A DNA stretch of 46,554 bases, taken from Treponema sp. UBA4328 (lineage in GTDB: Bacteria > Spirochaetota > Spirochaetia > Treponematales > Treponemataceae). The translations under genes and the position numbers were made by a program. The stretch is taken from contig DGTU01000003.1 in NCBI GenBank assembly GCA_002394465.1, forward strand, positions 1 to 46,554, written 5' to 3'. Below are positions 1-9,207 of the stretch, one piece after another. The notes beneath the pieces were generated by a model that saw only the letters and a list, made by a program, of their open reading frames with translations, searched no databases and was not told the DNA's origin. Within the stretch, counting starts at the first letter, position 1. Each line of letters begins with the position of its first letter.

Positions 1-144
1 ATGGTTGAAAAAGAAGGTATCATCCGTGAATTCAAAAAGCGCGAATACTATGTTAAGCCTTCTGCAACAAACCACCAGAAGAAAACAACTCTGGAACGCA
101 AGCTCCTTAACAAAAAACGCAAGTCTGAAAAGAAAGACTACTAA
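1..144 (+). CDS. rpsU: 30S ribosomal protein S21, 5'-truncated by the window edge
   Basis: Frame 1 reads MVEKEGIIREFKKREYYVKPSATNHQKK...KKDY-TAA, matching the S21 motif (EGIIRE.KKREYY.KPS). The ATG at 1 is probably an internal Met. Too short for the ORF track. Confidence 0.9.
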   Translation: MVEKEGIIREFKKREYYVKPSATNHQKKTTLERKLLNKKRKSEKKDY

Positions 145-151
145 ATGATAC

Positions 152-180
152 AAACCGGCCCTCAAAAGCCGGTTTTTTTT
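152..180 (+). terminator. Intrinsic terminator after rpsU
   Basis: AAACCGGC-8 nt loop-GCCGGTTT followed by a T run. Confidence 0.85.
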
Positions 181-877
181 ATTCACTGTTCAGTTTTTCA
201 ATCAGGGCCGGAAGTTCATATATATCCTTAATTCTGTAAATCTTTCCGGGATAAGAGTCAGCCTTTTCGCTCAGTTCTTCAGAGCCTACGAGTACAGAAG
301 TTCCGCCGAGGGCAGCATAACCTTCAACATAGACAGGATAATCATCCAGAAAAAGCGTATCATCTGTATTTCCGCCGAGCAGTCTGAGGGCATTTAAATA
401 TGACTCTTTCTGTGGCTTTCCCTTAAAATCATTCATCCTGATATCACAGATAGTTTCATGAAAGCGGTCACGGACTTCAAGGAATTCAAGAACGTGTTCG
501 GCATGCTCGCCGGGTGCATTCGTCAGGATGATCTTCGGCATGTCGATTGAATCAAGCAGGCGTGCAAGTTCAGGAGCCTTATCCAGTTCTTCTATTTCAC
601 TTGCCGGATGAACAAACGAAAAATAATCTTCAACATCAGTAAATCCCCCTGCCTTAAGCCACTCAAGCGTTGTTCCGTATATTTTAAGTGCCTGAGTCCG
701 TATTGCCGGTGCTTCAGATGGGGCCAGCTTATAAAAGCGTCTTGCATATTCAGCAATTCTCCCGCCGACTCCCATGCACATTCTGGAAGTCATCGGATAA
801 ACCGTATTATCAAGATCAAAAATCAAATTCCGTATCATATCCCTGTCCGTTACGGAAGATTTTACCGGAAACATCAT
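179..877 (-). CDS. HAD-superfamily hydrolase, pyrimidine 5'-nucleotidase-like (true start may be ATG at 838)
   Basis: Motif I FDLDNTVY, motif II LTNA, motif III/IV KP...LFLDD; GTTL and VH cap segments typical of SDT1-like nucleotidases. Confidence 0.8.
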   Translation of the reverse strand: MMFPVKSSVTDRDMIRNLIFDLDNTVYPMTSRMCMGVGGRIAEYARRFYKLAPSEAPAIRTQALKIYGTTLEWLKAGGFTDVEDYFSFVHPASEIEELDKAPELARLLDSIDMPKIILTNAPGEHAEHVLEFLEVRDRFHETICDIRMNDFKGKPQKESYLNALRLLGGNTDDTLFLDDYPVYVEGYAALGGTSVLVGSEELSEKADSYPGKIYRIKDIYELPALIEKLNSE

Positions 878-1011
878 AAAAAATAAATTACCCTTCCCCG
901 CCGTATCTTACTGATGCTATAACTGTTTACATTACAGCTGCACTCTGTTTGCGGCTGGTTTTATTGTTAAACTTTCACATATTATTTATACTGTTAAAAA
1001 AGGTGACTTAT

Positions 1012-1875
1012 ATGAAAAAAATTATTCTATCTGTTTTGACTTCTGTTTCTGCACTGTTTTTCTTCGGTGCATGCAAATCTGCTCCGGTATACATAACTGA
1101 CAATTCTCCGGTGGCAATAATTACAATCATCGGAAACCCTGACATGCCGTGGCTCTCGGAAGACGAATCTGAAGATTCAACAAGCGGACTTATCACAGGA
1201 ACAATGAACACGCTTCTTGGAACTGAAAACCCGGAAATTTCAGGCGCTGTTGACCGTCTTGATTATGCTGATGAATCAGTAAGGAAAATTCTTCCGGAAG
1301 TTGCAGGCTGCCAGGTTATAAACAAAAGTGACGTCATCAGTTCAAAGCGCTACAAGAAGCTTGGAGAAAGTTATTTTAACTTCCTCGATTCAATCAAGCG
1401 CGGTACGAACTACAAGGATTTTACGACAATCGGCGGAAAAAATGCGCGTATGCTCGCAAAGGAGCTCAATGCAAATTCCCTCCTTATCATGGACCTCAAC
1501 TGCTTTAAAAAACGCGTAAACAAAAATGCCTGCTGCGCCGTCATCGACCTCAAAATGAAGGTAATCTCTTCAAAGGGAAAGGAAATCATCAACAAAACAT
1601 ACCGCACTGAAAGCAAAAACGTTGAAAAAGACGGAAGCTATTATGACCAGGATGAACTGATTGCTGCAATTCCGGCTGCAATTGATGCAGCAGTCATGCA
1701 GTTTGCCCTTGAATACAATAACCCTGACGCTATTCCGGGAGAAGAAGCTTCAGCTTCAGACGGAACTACAGCAGAACAGACAGAAGACCTGAGCCGTTAT
1801 GCCGTTCCGCTTAAAATCAAGGCAAAAACAAACGCGGAGCCTGCACCTGAGCAGACCCCGCCTGAACAGAATTAA
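1012..1875 (+). CDS. Hypothetical lipoprotein
   Basis: MKKIILS...FFFGA-C lipobox; AAGGTG RBS upstream of ATG 1012, preferred over the track start at 949. Confidence 0.7.
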   Translation: MKKIILSVLTSVSALFFFGACKSAPVYITDNSPVAIITIIGNPDMPWLSEDESEDSTSGLITGTMNTLLGTENPEISGAVDRLDYADESVRKILPEVAGCQVINKSDVISSKRYKKLGESYFNFLDSIKRGTNYKDFTTIGGKNARMLAKELNANSLLIMDLNCFKKRVNKNACCAVIDLKMKVISSKGKEIINKTYRTESKNVEKDGSYYDQDELIAAIPAAIDAAVMQFALEYNNPDAIPGEEASASDGTTAEQTEDLSRYAVPLKIKAKTNAEPAPEQTPPEQN

Positions 1876-2822
1876 ATACCAAGTTCTTTTTTTGCTGCAA
1901 GGAGATCTTTCTTTGCAGCATCACATGCCCTGCCTGCACTGTCGGCAATGTCCTTAAGGCAGAGCGAGCCTGTTTCACGCTGTGAAGCAAGTTCAGGATC
2001 TTTTTTCCATGCACACAGAATACCGCGGCTTGAATTAACAGTTCCGCCGGCCTTATCAAGAAGGGTTGCCGCAATACGAGCTGCACCGCCCTGAGCGCCA
2101 TATCCTGGAATCAGGAAGAAAATATCAGGATAGGCATCCCTTATGGCACGTGCATCGCTTTCTTCCGTACAGCCTACAACAGCTCCAACCGGAGAACAGC
2201 TCTGCTCCGGATAAATCTTCTTGAATTCTTCACTGATTCTCGTAAGTTCAGCGCCGGTTTTATCAAGAACACGTCCGCCGGCCTTAAGTTCCTGCTGCTC
2301 GATATCAGTCATTCCCGGATTTGACGTTCTCAGGAGAACAAAAATTCCCTTTGAGCCGGTCTTAACTTCTGACTGCGGAGTCAGTGGCTTACAGTATTCG
2401 GTAAACGGCTTAAGCGTATCAAATCCCATATAAGGATTAACGGTTATGATGTCAGTTTCAAAATCACCTGAAAAATGCGCACGGGCATAAGCCTTTGCAG
2501 TATCCGCAATGTCACCGCGCTTGATGTCGCTTATTACGACAAAGCCTGCTTCCTTAACGGCCCTGACGGTTTCTATATATGCCTTAAGTCCGTCAATTCC
2601 CATTGCCTCATAATATGCAATCTGTACCTTAAAGCAGCAGGCAGACTGTGCTTCACGTACACGCTTGATGATTTCCTTATTGTAGGCAAGAACAGCCTTA
2701 GCCGGAGAATCAAATACTTTTAAAACCGATTCCGGCAGATATGAAGGATCAGTGTCCAGTCCGACACACAAAGGTCCGTTTTTTTCGCTCAAATCCCTGA
2801 GCATTTCCATGTAATGTTTCAT
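1872..2822 (-). CDS. pyrF: Orotidine-5'-phosphate decarboxylase (type 2)
   Basis: LCVGLD, FKVQIAYYE, DIKRGDIADT catalytic motif, TVNPYMGFD, LIPGYGAQGG, VNSSRGI. Confidence 0.95.
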   Translation of the reverse strand: MKHYMEMLRDLSEKNGPLCVGLDTDPSYLPESVLKVFDSPAKAVLAYNKEIIKRVREAQSACCFKVQIAYYEAMGIDGLKAYIETVRAVKEAGFVVISDIKRGDIADTAKAYARAHFSGDFETDIITVNPYMGFDTLKPFTEYCKPLTPQSEVKTGSKGIFVLLRTSNPGMTDIEQQELKAGGRVLDKTGAELTRISEEFKKIYPEQSCSPVGAVVGCTEESDARAIRDAYPDIFFLIPGYGAQGGAARIAATLLDKAGGTVNSSRGILCAWKKDPELASQRETGSLCLKDIADSAGRACDAAKKDLLAAKKELGI

Positions 2823-2828
2823 GTTTTT

Positions 2829-2880
2829 ATTCTATCAAATTTCACTTTTCTTTGAAAATCCCCGTTTTTTGTACGATAAT
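2829..2880. promoter_or_regulatory. Divergent sigma70-type promoters for pyrF and the NlpC/P60 gene, both probably leaderless
   Basis: + strand: TTGAAA(2852-2857)-17-GATAAT(2875-2880)-6-ATG. - strand: TGA-TAGAAT(2834-2829)-6-ATG. No Shine-Dalgarno in either direction. Confidence 0.6.
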
Positions 2881-2886
2881 ATAAAT

Positions 2887-3990
2887 ATGACAATGAACAA
2901 ATCACATATTTTTACACTTGCAGCATTTGCACTTTTTGTAATCATGACACCACGCCTCTGTGCACAGAATTCAGTAAGCGCTGAGAAAGCAGAAAGCCTG
3001 AGGCAGGAATTCTGCAATTACGGTAAAAAATTCATCGGATGTAAATATGTTTCAGGAGCAACCGGACCGAACACCTTTGACTGCTCGGGGTTTGTCTATA
3101 CAGTTTCACGCGAATCAATCGGATACCAGCTTCCGCGTCAGGTCAAGGCAATGTACTCATACTGCAAAAGCATTACGGATGCAGACCGACAGGCCGGTGA
3201 CCTCGTATTTTTCAAGACAACTTCCAGCGGAGAAGTAAGCCACGTCGGAATCTATATCGGAAACGGACAGTTCCTCCACTGTGCAAGCGACGGCCCAAAC
3301 ACGGGTGTAATCGTAAGTTCACTCAGGGAAAATTACTGGAAAGGGAAATACTATAAATCAGGCAGATTCCTTCCGGCCGGAAACGAAACTCAAAGCCCTT
3401 CTTCAGCGTCCTCAGGTACAGCATCTGGAACTTATGCTTCAGCATCCGGCTCATCTTCTTCAGGATCTTCACAGTCTGGTTCTTCATTCCTTTCTAAGCT
3501 TCTGGTTGACGGATCACTTTCATTTGACTGGAACTTCTTTGATGCAGACAATTTCCGCCTTAATTTCCGCGGACTCACAGGAAACCTTCAGTTCAGGTAC
3601 AATTCTGGAAATTTCCAGCCTGGAGCCGGTACTTCCTTCAGGTGGGATTCAGGAACAGGAACGATTCAGCTTCCGATTTTTGCAAGCCTGACAATCGGCG
3701 AATACTTCAGCATTTTTGCTGGTCCCGTAATCTGCATAGGAACTCCTTACCTGCCGGGAAACGATGATGAAGAAATTGAATCTTCTTTCTTCCCTGGAAT
3801 CATAGGCGTCTGCTGGAACACACCGAGCTTCGACGTAAAAAAAGCAAAAGTCTGCTTTACCCAGGACATTCATTACACCGTATTCAATAAAACCGACGGT
3901 TCAGCCCTCTCTCCTGTAAAAAGCGCAGCATCGGGACTTGTATTTTCAAGCGGAGTTCGTGTAACCTTACCGCTGTCTCAGATGCTTTAA
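2887..3990 (+). CDS. Secreted NlpC/P60 (C40) peptidoglycan endopeptidase with Ser-rich linker and beta-rich C-terminal domain
   Basis: GPNTFDCSGFV, GDLVFF, HVGIYIGNGQFLHC; signal-peptide-like N-terminus from ATG 2887/2893. Confidence 0.85.
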   Translation: MTMNKSHIFTLAAFALFVIMTPRLCAQNSVSAEKAESLRQEFCNYGKKFIGCKYVSGATGPNTFDCSGFVYTVSRESIGYQLPRQVKAMYSYCKSITDADRQAGDLVFFKTTSSGEVSHVGIYIGNGQFLHCASDGPNTGVIVSSLRENYWKGKYYKSGRFLPAGNETQSPSSASSGTASGTYASASGSSSSGSSQSGSSFLSKLLVDGSLSFDWNFFDADNFRLNFRGLTGNLQFRYNSGNFQPGAGTSFRWDSGTGTIQLPIFASLTIGEYFSIFAGPVICIGTPYLPGNDDEEIESSFFPGIIGVCWNTPSFDVKKAKVCFTQDIHYTVFNKTDGSALSPVKSAASGLVFSSGVRVTLPLSQML

Positions 3991-4013
3991 TTTCACAGGA
4001 GAAATTAAATTTC

Positions 4014-4652
4014 ATGAAAAAGCTGCTCACCATTGTACCCTTTCTGTTTATATTTCTGCTTGCAGGCTGTAATTCAGAATTAAAGATAACCGTCCTGCCT
4101 GAAAACAATGCACAGGTAGAATTCAGGACAGACTATTCAAAAACCTTTAAGGATACTTTTTCTGCCCTCACAGGGAAAAATGACAGTACGGTCTTTTCAG
4201 ATCAGAACCTGCTGAACCTTCTCAGACAGCTCGGAACAAAATCGCCGCATGCCTCACAGACAGGAAATTCAATGCAGCTTAAGTGTATCTGCAGCACTAC
4301 AGACAGCCGCTTCACAGGCCTTGATATTCTTACAGTTAAGGATAAAACGGCAGTCCTCACAATCGGCCCTGAACAGATTAAAAATCTCTACAGCCAGTCA
4401 GACGAAGAAACAAAAAGTTACCTCGATCTGCTTATGATTCCGTGTCTTGAAGACGAAACAATGACTGTCCCTGAATACGAAGAACTCCTTGCTTCACTCT
4501 ACGGAAAAACTTTTGCAAAAGACCTTGTTTCACGCAGACTTAAAGTTGAACTTGCATTTTCAGGAAAGAAAGAAACCTGCCGCGCAGAAATTACGATTGG
4601 TGAACTTTTTACGCTTACACAGGCTAAAACCTGGCAGCTCAGCAGCAATTAA
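4014..4652 (+). CDS. Hypothetical lipoprotein
   Basis: MKKLL...FLLAG-C lipobox; AGGAG RBS upstream. Confidence 0.75.
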   Translation: MKKLLTIVPFLFIFLLAGCNSELKITVLPENNAQVEFRTDYSKTFKDTFSALTGKNDSTVFSDQNLLNLLRQLGTKSPHASQTGNSMQLKCICSTTDSRFTGLDILTVKDKTAVLTIGPEQIKNLYSQSDEETKSYLDLLMIPCLEDETMTVPEYEELLASLYGKTFAKDLVSRRLKVELAFSGKKETCRAEITIGELFTLTQAKTWQLSSN

Positions 4653-4691
4653 CAGTTATACAGCTTTAAAAACAAAAAAGCCGGTACTCTT

Positions 4692-4765
4692 TGCGGAATA
4701 GTAGACTCGAACTACTGACCCCCACGATGTCAACGTGATGCTCTAACCAACTGAGCTAACCCCGC
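4692..4765 (-). tRNA. tRNA-Val(GAC), CCA not encoded
   Basis: Reverse complement folds as GCGGGGT/ATTCCGC acceptor, GCTC/GAGC D-arm, TCACG-TT-GAC-AT-CGTGG anticodon arm, AGTAG-TTCGAGT-CTACT T-arm, discriminator A. Confidence 0.95.
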
Positions 4766-4790
4766 AGACAGTACCGGCGTGAATGACGTA

Positions 4791-4820
4791 AGTATAATAT
4801 ATTTTCCAAAGTTTTAGCAA
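4791..4820 (-). promoter_or_regulatory. Probable tRNA-Val promoter
   Basis: TTGCTA-18-TATACT on the - strand, about 25 nt upstream of the tRNA 5' end. Confidence 0.5.
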
Positions 4821-4892
4821 TAATTTAGATGATTTTTTTCAGATGTCATTTTAGAATGGAAATGATTAAAAATTTTTATTTAAGAGGTAACT

Positions 4893-6896
4893 ATGAAAAA
4901 AATCTTATCATCATTGATTTCAATTTCACTGCTCGCATTTATGACAGCCTGCAGCAGTGATTCAGGCGGAGGCGGAAGCGGCTCTCAGAAAACGGCTGAA
5001 AAAGACGGAACCACTACGCTCAAAATTCAGGAAAGCGGAGACGGCTTCGTGAGTACGACTGGAAGCATCAAGGAAAATGATACAAACTGGATTGGTTACA
5101 GCGGTGACGGATACATCGAAAGCCTCACATCAGGAAAGACCGTCGTCTATACCGTAAAAGCTGACGCAGCAATATCAGATGCTAAAATTGCCGTTCATTA
5201 CGGAATGTGGAATGCACAAACAATGGTTCGCGGAGTTCTTGTAAAGGTAAACGGTGTTACAATCAATAATGGCAATGCCATCAAGACTACTTATACAAAC
5301 AAGGGAACTAAAGGTCAGAATGTTGACGGACGCTGGATTGATTCGGCTTATCTGACAGACGTTTCACTTAATCAGGGGTCCAATACAATCATCATCGAAG
5401 GTGCATCCGGTGAACAGACATTTGATGGAGAGACCTATACCCCTACAGATGCAGGATGTCTGCCTAACATCGACTATCTCATTGTAAATGGGATGGGAAT
5501 TAATTACGGAACAGACAAAAAACAGTATTATTCACTTGCATATTCTTCCGAAAATGAAACTGCAGGTTCCGTTACAGGCGGAACAGCAGAAGGTTCTGTA
5601 GCCGAAGGAACTTCAGTAACCCTTACAGCAGCAGCAAATTCCGGCTGGACTTTTGAATGCTGGTCTGACGGAACTACTTCAAATCCGTATACATTTAAAC
5701 TGTCTGGAAATACAAGTCTTTATGCACATTTCATTCCTACAGGTGCAACCGTTCCAGCAGGGCTGTTCGGTTATGCAACCCTCACGGCAGACAAATCAAG
5801 TGCAAAATACACGATTACAGGCGGAACGGGTGGAACTGAACTTACAATTTCTTCCCTCGCTGAACTTGAAGCAAATAAAGCAATACTTTCAGGAAATGAC
5901 CCTTATATCATAAATATTTCAGGCCTGATTACAACTGCAGATGCGGCATGTCCGAATGTCAGCAGGGTAATTAACCTCGGCTCAAACAAGACCCTCCAGT
6001 CAGGAACAACACAGGGACAGTTACAGAATATTGGCGTTAAAGTCCAGGGCAAAAACATAATCATCAAGAACCTTAAATTCGGCGAAGTGATTGCAGATTC
6101 TTATTATGCAAACCTCGCAGAAGCAAAAGCAGCCGGAATCAAGCGCGGAGCTGCAGACGCAATGGAACTTAACGGAGCAGAGCATGTATGGATTGATCAT
6201 TGTGAATTCCAGTCACATCTTACTCCTATGGCATTCAATTCAAGCGGAGTCCTCGAAGAACTGACTTTCGATGCATCAAAAACAGCAATTACAGTTGAAC
6301 ATGACTATGAATCACCTGAAATTGCATGGCGCAAAGACTATTATGACGGACTTCTGGATATAAAGAATCAGTCACGCTTCATCACGGTTTCAAACTGCTA
6401 CTTCCACGATCATTACAAGGCATGTCTGTGCGGCTCAAATGACACTGACAGTTCAGAAAAAGTAATGCGCGTAACCTTCTATTACAACTACTGGAAGAAT
6501 ATCAATGCACGTGCACCTTTGTTCAGATTCGGAAAGGCACATGTATTCTCAAGCTATTTTACGGCTGACACTGACTGCGACTGGATGTATATGACTGATA
6601 ATAAAGACGGAAGTACTTATTCAATCAGCCAGAACGTTCAGGCAACGGCAATCAACTGCCGTGCATCTTCAGAACTGTACATCGACAACAACTATTTTGA
6701 AAACCTCAAGATTGCTGTAGGTCATTACAACGGTGACAGTGATACACCAGGTACATGGACAACAATCAACAACCTGGGATTCGAAGACGGCGAAGGTAAT
6801 TCATATGAACCTCCATATGCATGGAGTTCTGCATTAAAAACTGCATCTGCAGCAAAAACATATGTTCTTGCCAATGCAGGAGTCGTTTCACAGTAA
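4893..6896 (+). CDS. Lipoprotein pectate lyase (PL1) with N-terminal CBM35/CBM6-like module and an InlB-B-repeat-like domain
   Basis: Lipobox FMTA-C; GYSGDGYIE...PNIDYL (CBM-like); VTLTAAANSGWTFECWSDG (B-repeat-like); PL1 motifs NIIIKNL, VWIDH, DGLLDIK, RAPLFRFG. Confidence 0.88.
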   Translation: MKKILSSLISISLLAFMTACSSDSGGGGSGSQKTAEKDGTTTLKIQESGDGFVSTTGSIKENDTNWIGYSGDGYIESLTSGKTVVYTVKADAAISDAKIAVHYGMWNAQTMVRGVLVKVNGVTINNGNAIKTTYTNKGTKGQNVDGRWIDSAYLTDVSLNQGSNTIIIEGASGEQTFDGETYTPTDAGCLPNIDYLIVNGMGINYGTDKKQYYSLAYSSENETAGSVTGGTAEGSVAEGTSVTLTAAANSGWTFECWSDGTTSNPYTFKLSGNTSLYAHFIPTGATVPAGLFGYATLTADKSSAKYTITGGTGGTELTISSLAELEANKAILSGNDPYIINISGLITTADAACPNVSRVINLGSNKTLQSGTTQGQLQNIGVKVQGKNIIIKNLKFGEVIADSYYANLAEAKAAGIKRGAADAMELNGAEHVWIDHCEFQSHLTPMAFNSSGVLEELTFDASKTAITVEHDYESPEIAWRKDYYDGLLDIKNQSRFITVSNCYFHDHYKACLCGSNDTDSSEKVMRVTFYYNYWKNINARAPLFRFGKAHVFSSYFTADTDCDWMYMTDNKDGSTYSISQNVQATAINCRASSELYIDNNYFENLKIAVGHYNGDSDTPGTWTTINNLGFEDGEGNSYEPPYAWSSALKTASAAKTYVLANAGVVSQ

Positions 6897-6933
6897 GCCG
6901 GACTCAGTGCCATAAGCAACAGGCTGATAAACT

Positions 6934-6962
6934 GTCATTGCCGCACCAGATGCGGCAATCTC
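6934..6962. repeat. Short palindromic (REP-like) repeat unit
   Basis: GTCATTGCCGCACCAGATGCGGCAATCTC; same arms as the reverse complement of 12467-12496. Confidence 0.7.
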
Positions 6963-6991
6963 AAAGTATCTTGATCAGCTTGTTAAGGCAT

Positions 6992-7035
6992 AAAAAAAGG
7001 CACTTCATCATATCAATATGAAGTGCCTTTTGTGT
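6992..7035. terminator. Bidirectional intrinsic terminator between convergent genes
   Basis: AAAAGGCACTTCAT-9 nt-ATGAAGTGCCTTTT perfect stem with A run on the left and T run on the right. Confidence 0.85.
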
Positions 7036-7054
7036 TTATTTTAAATATTAAAAA

Positions 7055-7645
7055 TTACAGGCTGTTAAGCAGGTAATTAGCAATAAGGCGTTTCCATGAG
7101 AACTCGTTTTTAATGCTGTCCCATGAAAGTTCAGTTCCGCCTCCATTGTTTGTAAGCTGTGACGGAGGGTTTGAATCCTGGTTGTCAGCCTGTCTGAGAT
7201 CCGATTTAAGCCAGTAAATTGCAGACCACTTATCGCGTGTTCCTGAAACCTTATAAGTGCTGTCCGTATCATCAGCAGCAACCTCACCGTCAAGAGGGAA
7301 GGTCTTAATGATATATGCACTATTTGTAAGTCCCGAAATTATTGAACTTGCATCAGAAACGGCAGTAATAACAATTGTAAGTCCTGCCGGGATTGTATAA
7401 CCCTTTTTCAGGGCTTTGGCTGCATTACTTGTACTTGTAGTATCAGTTGAAGACCAGTAAAAATGTACATAAATGTTGGCAGCCTGAGCCTCATCAGAGT
7501 TTTTATATTCAACAGGCATTGAACACCATTTTTTTGCAGGTCCTGCAAGTTCGTTGACAATTTCATCGCCTTCCTGACATCCCGTCATGCACAGTGCACT
7601 TGCAGCAAGAATGCAGGCAGCAAGAATTTTTGTAATTTTCTTCAT
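7055..7645 (-). CDS. Hypothetical lipoprotein
   Basis: MKKITK...LCMTG-C lipobox; GAGGAG RBS before ATG 7645; upstream TTGAAA-17-TAGAAT promoter (7727-7699). Confidence 0.75.
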   Translation of the reverse strand: MKKITKILAACILAASALCMTGCQEGDEIVNELAGPAKKWCSMPVEYKNSDEAQAANIYVHFYWSSTDTTSTSNAAKALKKGYTIPAGLTIVITAVSDASSIISGLTNSAYIIKTFPLDGEVAADDTDSTYKVSGTRDKWSAIYWLKSDLRQADNQDSNPPSQLTNNGGGTELSWDSIKNEFSWKRLIANYLLNSL

Positions 7646-7747
7646 AGAAATTTCTCCTCTAAAAATCAAATAGGTTCGCATAAACGAATCTCATTTCAAT
7701 TCTAATCCACCGGGAAGTTTTTTTCAACAAAATCATTTCTTCGTGTT

Positions 7748-8362
7748 TTATACGCCGGCAATCATTTCCGTAAGGATCATCGCGGTATTTACGTGCTGTA
7801 CGGGTATTTTCTGCGGAAGCGACAGTACTGTATTCGTATAATTAACTATTCCCTTAATGCCGTACGAAACAAGCCTCTCTGCCATGTACTGTGCCTTGTC
7901 ATCAGGAACCGCGAGAAGCGCATATTCAATTCTCAGCGAGCGTATTTTCTTTTCCAGATCCAGTGTCGGAAAAAGCGGAATTGAAGACTTCATTATTTCG
8001 ATCTTGTTTACGTTTGTATCAAAACCAGCAACAAGTTCAAAACTGCTTCCGTCAAATACGGCAGATTCGAGAAGTGCTGCTCCGAGCTTTCCAAGTCCTA
8101 TTATGCAGCAGTGGTGTTTTTCTTCATCAGGAACGGAAATTTTAAGGGCACTGCAGATGCTTTCCTTCAGTTTTACGGTATCATAGCCGTTGCTCACACC
8201 GTTATAGATTTCAAGCAGGGATATATCCCTCCGGATCGTTGCTTCACCCCATCCCGTAAGTGCACTCAGTTCAGAGGAAGTAATCCTGCTTTTTTTCTGC
8301 TGGGAGAGAATCCTTGTAAGCGAGACGAGTCTTTTTTTGGAAGGAGCAGGGATTTTTTTCAA
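7748..8362 (-). CDS. rex: Redox-sensing transcriptional repressor Rex (divergent paralog)
   Basis: N-terminal wHTH (ITSSELS...TIRRDIS), IIGLGKLGAAL Rossmann motif, AGFD, LAVP...GIKGIVNY. Confidence 0.85.
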   Translation of the reverse strand: MKKIPAPSKKRLVSLTRILSQQKKSRITSSELSALTGWGEATIRRDISLLEIYNGVSNGYDTVKLKESICSALKISVPDEEKHHCCIIGLGKLGAALLESAVFDGSSFELVAGFDTNVNKIEIMKSSIPLFPTLDLEKKIRSLRIEYALLAVPDDKAQYMAERLVSYGIKGIVNYTNTVLSLPQKIPVQHVNTAMILTEMIAGV

Positions 8363-9207
8363 AGTGAAAGCGTTCCTACTACAGTCGCATCATCTTCTGT
8401 CGGTCCTTTTGAAGAAACTGCATCATAAGGAGTCTGCATTACGGTTCTCTGTTCACGCGGCGACGAAGAATCTATTTTTGCAAGTCGTTCCTGACGGATT
8501 TTTTCCCACTTTGCACGCCAGTCGTTCTGCTGATTCTGCGCCGGTGAAGTACTTTTTGCTGAAGTTGCAGGAGTCTTTCTTACCAGAGAAGCCGGAGCCC
8601 TGGCCGAAGCACGTTTTGCCTTTGGAACGGCAAGAAATCCGAACAGGGAACCGCATAATCCGCCTGCAATATGTGCAACAACTGAAATATTTGATGTTTC
8701 TGCCGTTTTAGCGCCTGAAAATTCCTTTGCAATATAAACTGCAACAAGAAAAACAAACGTAAGCGGTATTTTATTCCTTGTAATTACGTTGAGCGAAGAA
8801 AGTACGATCAGCATAAAACATATTCCGCTTGCTCCAAGAAGAACGGACGGAATGAGGCATACGTTCAGGACGCCCGTAACCAGAGACGTTACGACGATCA
8901 TCAGTGCAAGCATTTTTGAGCCGTAGCGCTCTTCCATGAGGGGGCCGAGAAGAAGGATATATGCAAGGTTTCCGAGGAGATGAGTCCAGTCAGCGTGTCC
9001 GAGGACATGGGTGAAAAGCCTTACGTAATCAAGAACATAATTCCAGTTAAAGCCGTTTTTTTCCGTCATGCATGCCGGTGCAGTAAAAATTGCCGGAATC
9101 AGGGTACCTTCAAGAATGAATCTGTCAGTTAAAAGTACAAGAACACAAAGAATTGAAAAAGTCAGCGTAACGGGTGCATTGTATGAAAAAGGAATTTTTC
9201 TCTTCAT
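8359..9207 (-). CDS. Rhomboid-family intramembrane serine protease with low-complexity C-terminal tail
   Basis: RLFTHVLGHADWTHLLGN, GASG catalytic Ser, AHIAG catalytic His, several hydrophobic segments. Confidence 0.9.
   Translation of the reverse strand: MKRKIPFSYNAPVTLTFSILCVLVLLTDRFILEGTLIPAIFTAPACMTEKNGFNWNYVLDYVRLFTHVLGHADWTHLLGNLAYILLLGPLMEERYGSKMLALMIVVTSLVTGVLNVCLIPSVLLGASGICFMLIVLSSLNVITRNKIPLTFVFLVAVYIAKEFSGAKTAETSNISVVAHIAGGLCGSLFGFLAVPKAKRASARAPASLVRKTPATSAKSTSPAQNQQNDWRAKWEKIRQERLAKIDSSSPREQRTVMQTPYDAVSSKGPTEDDATVVGTLSL

Noticed and set aside
964-980. Rex operator TTGTTAA-ACT-TTCACAT
   Set aside because: The spacer is 3 nt rather than the 4 nt of Rex boxes, and the region is AT-rich, so a chance match is likely
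4650-7050. Genomic island integrated at tRNA-Val
   Set aside because: No integrase and no duplicated tRNA 3' end seen; the pectate lyase lies on the tRNA's 5' side
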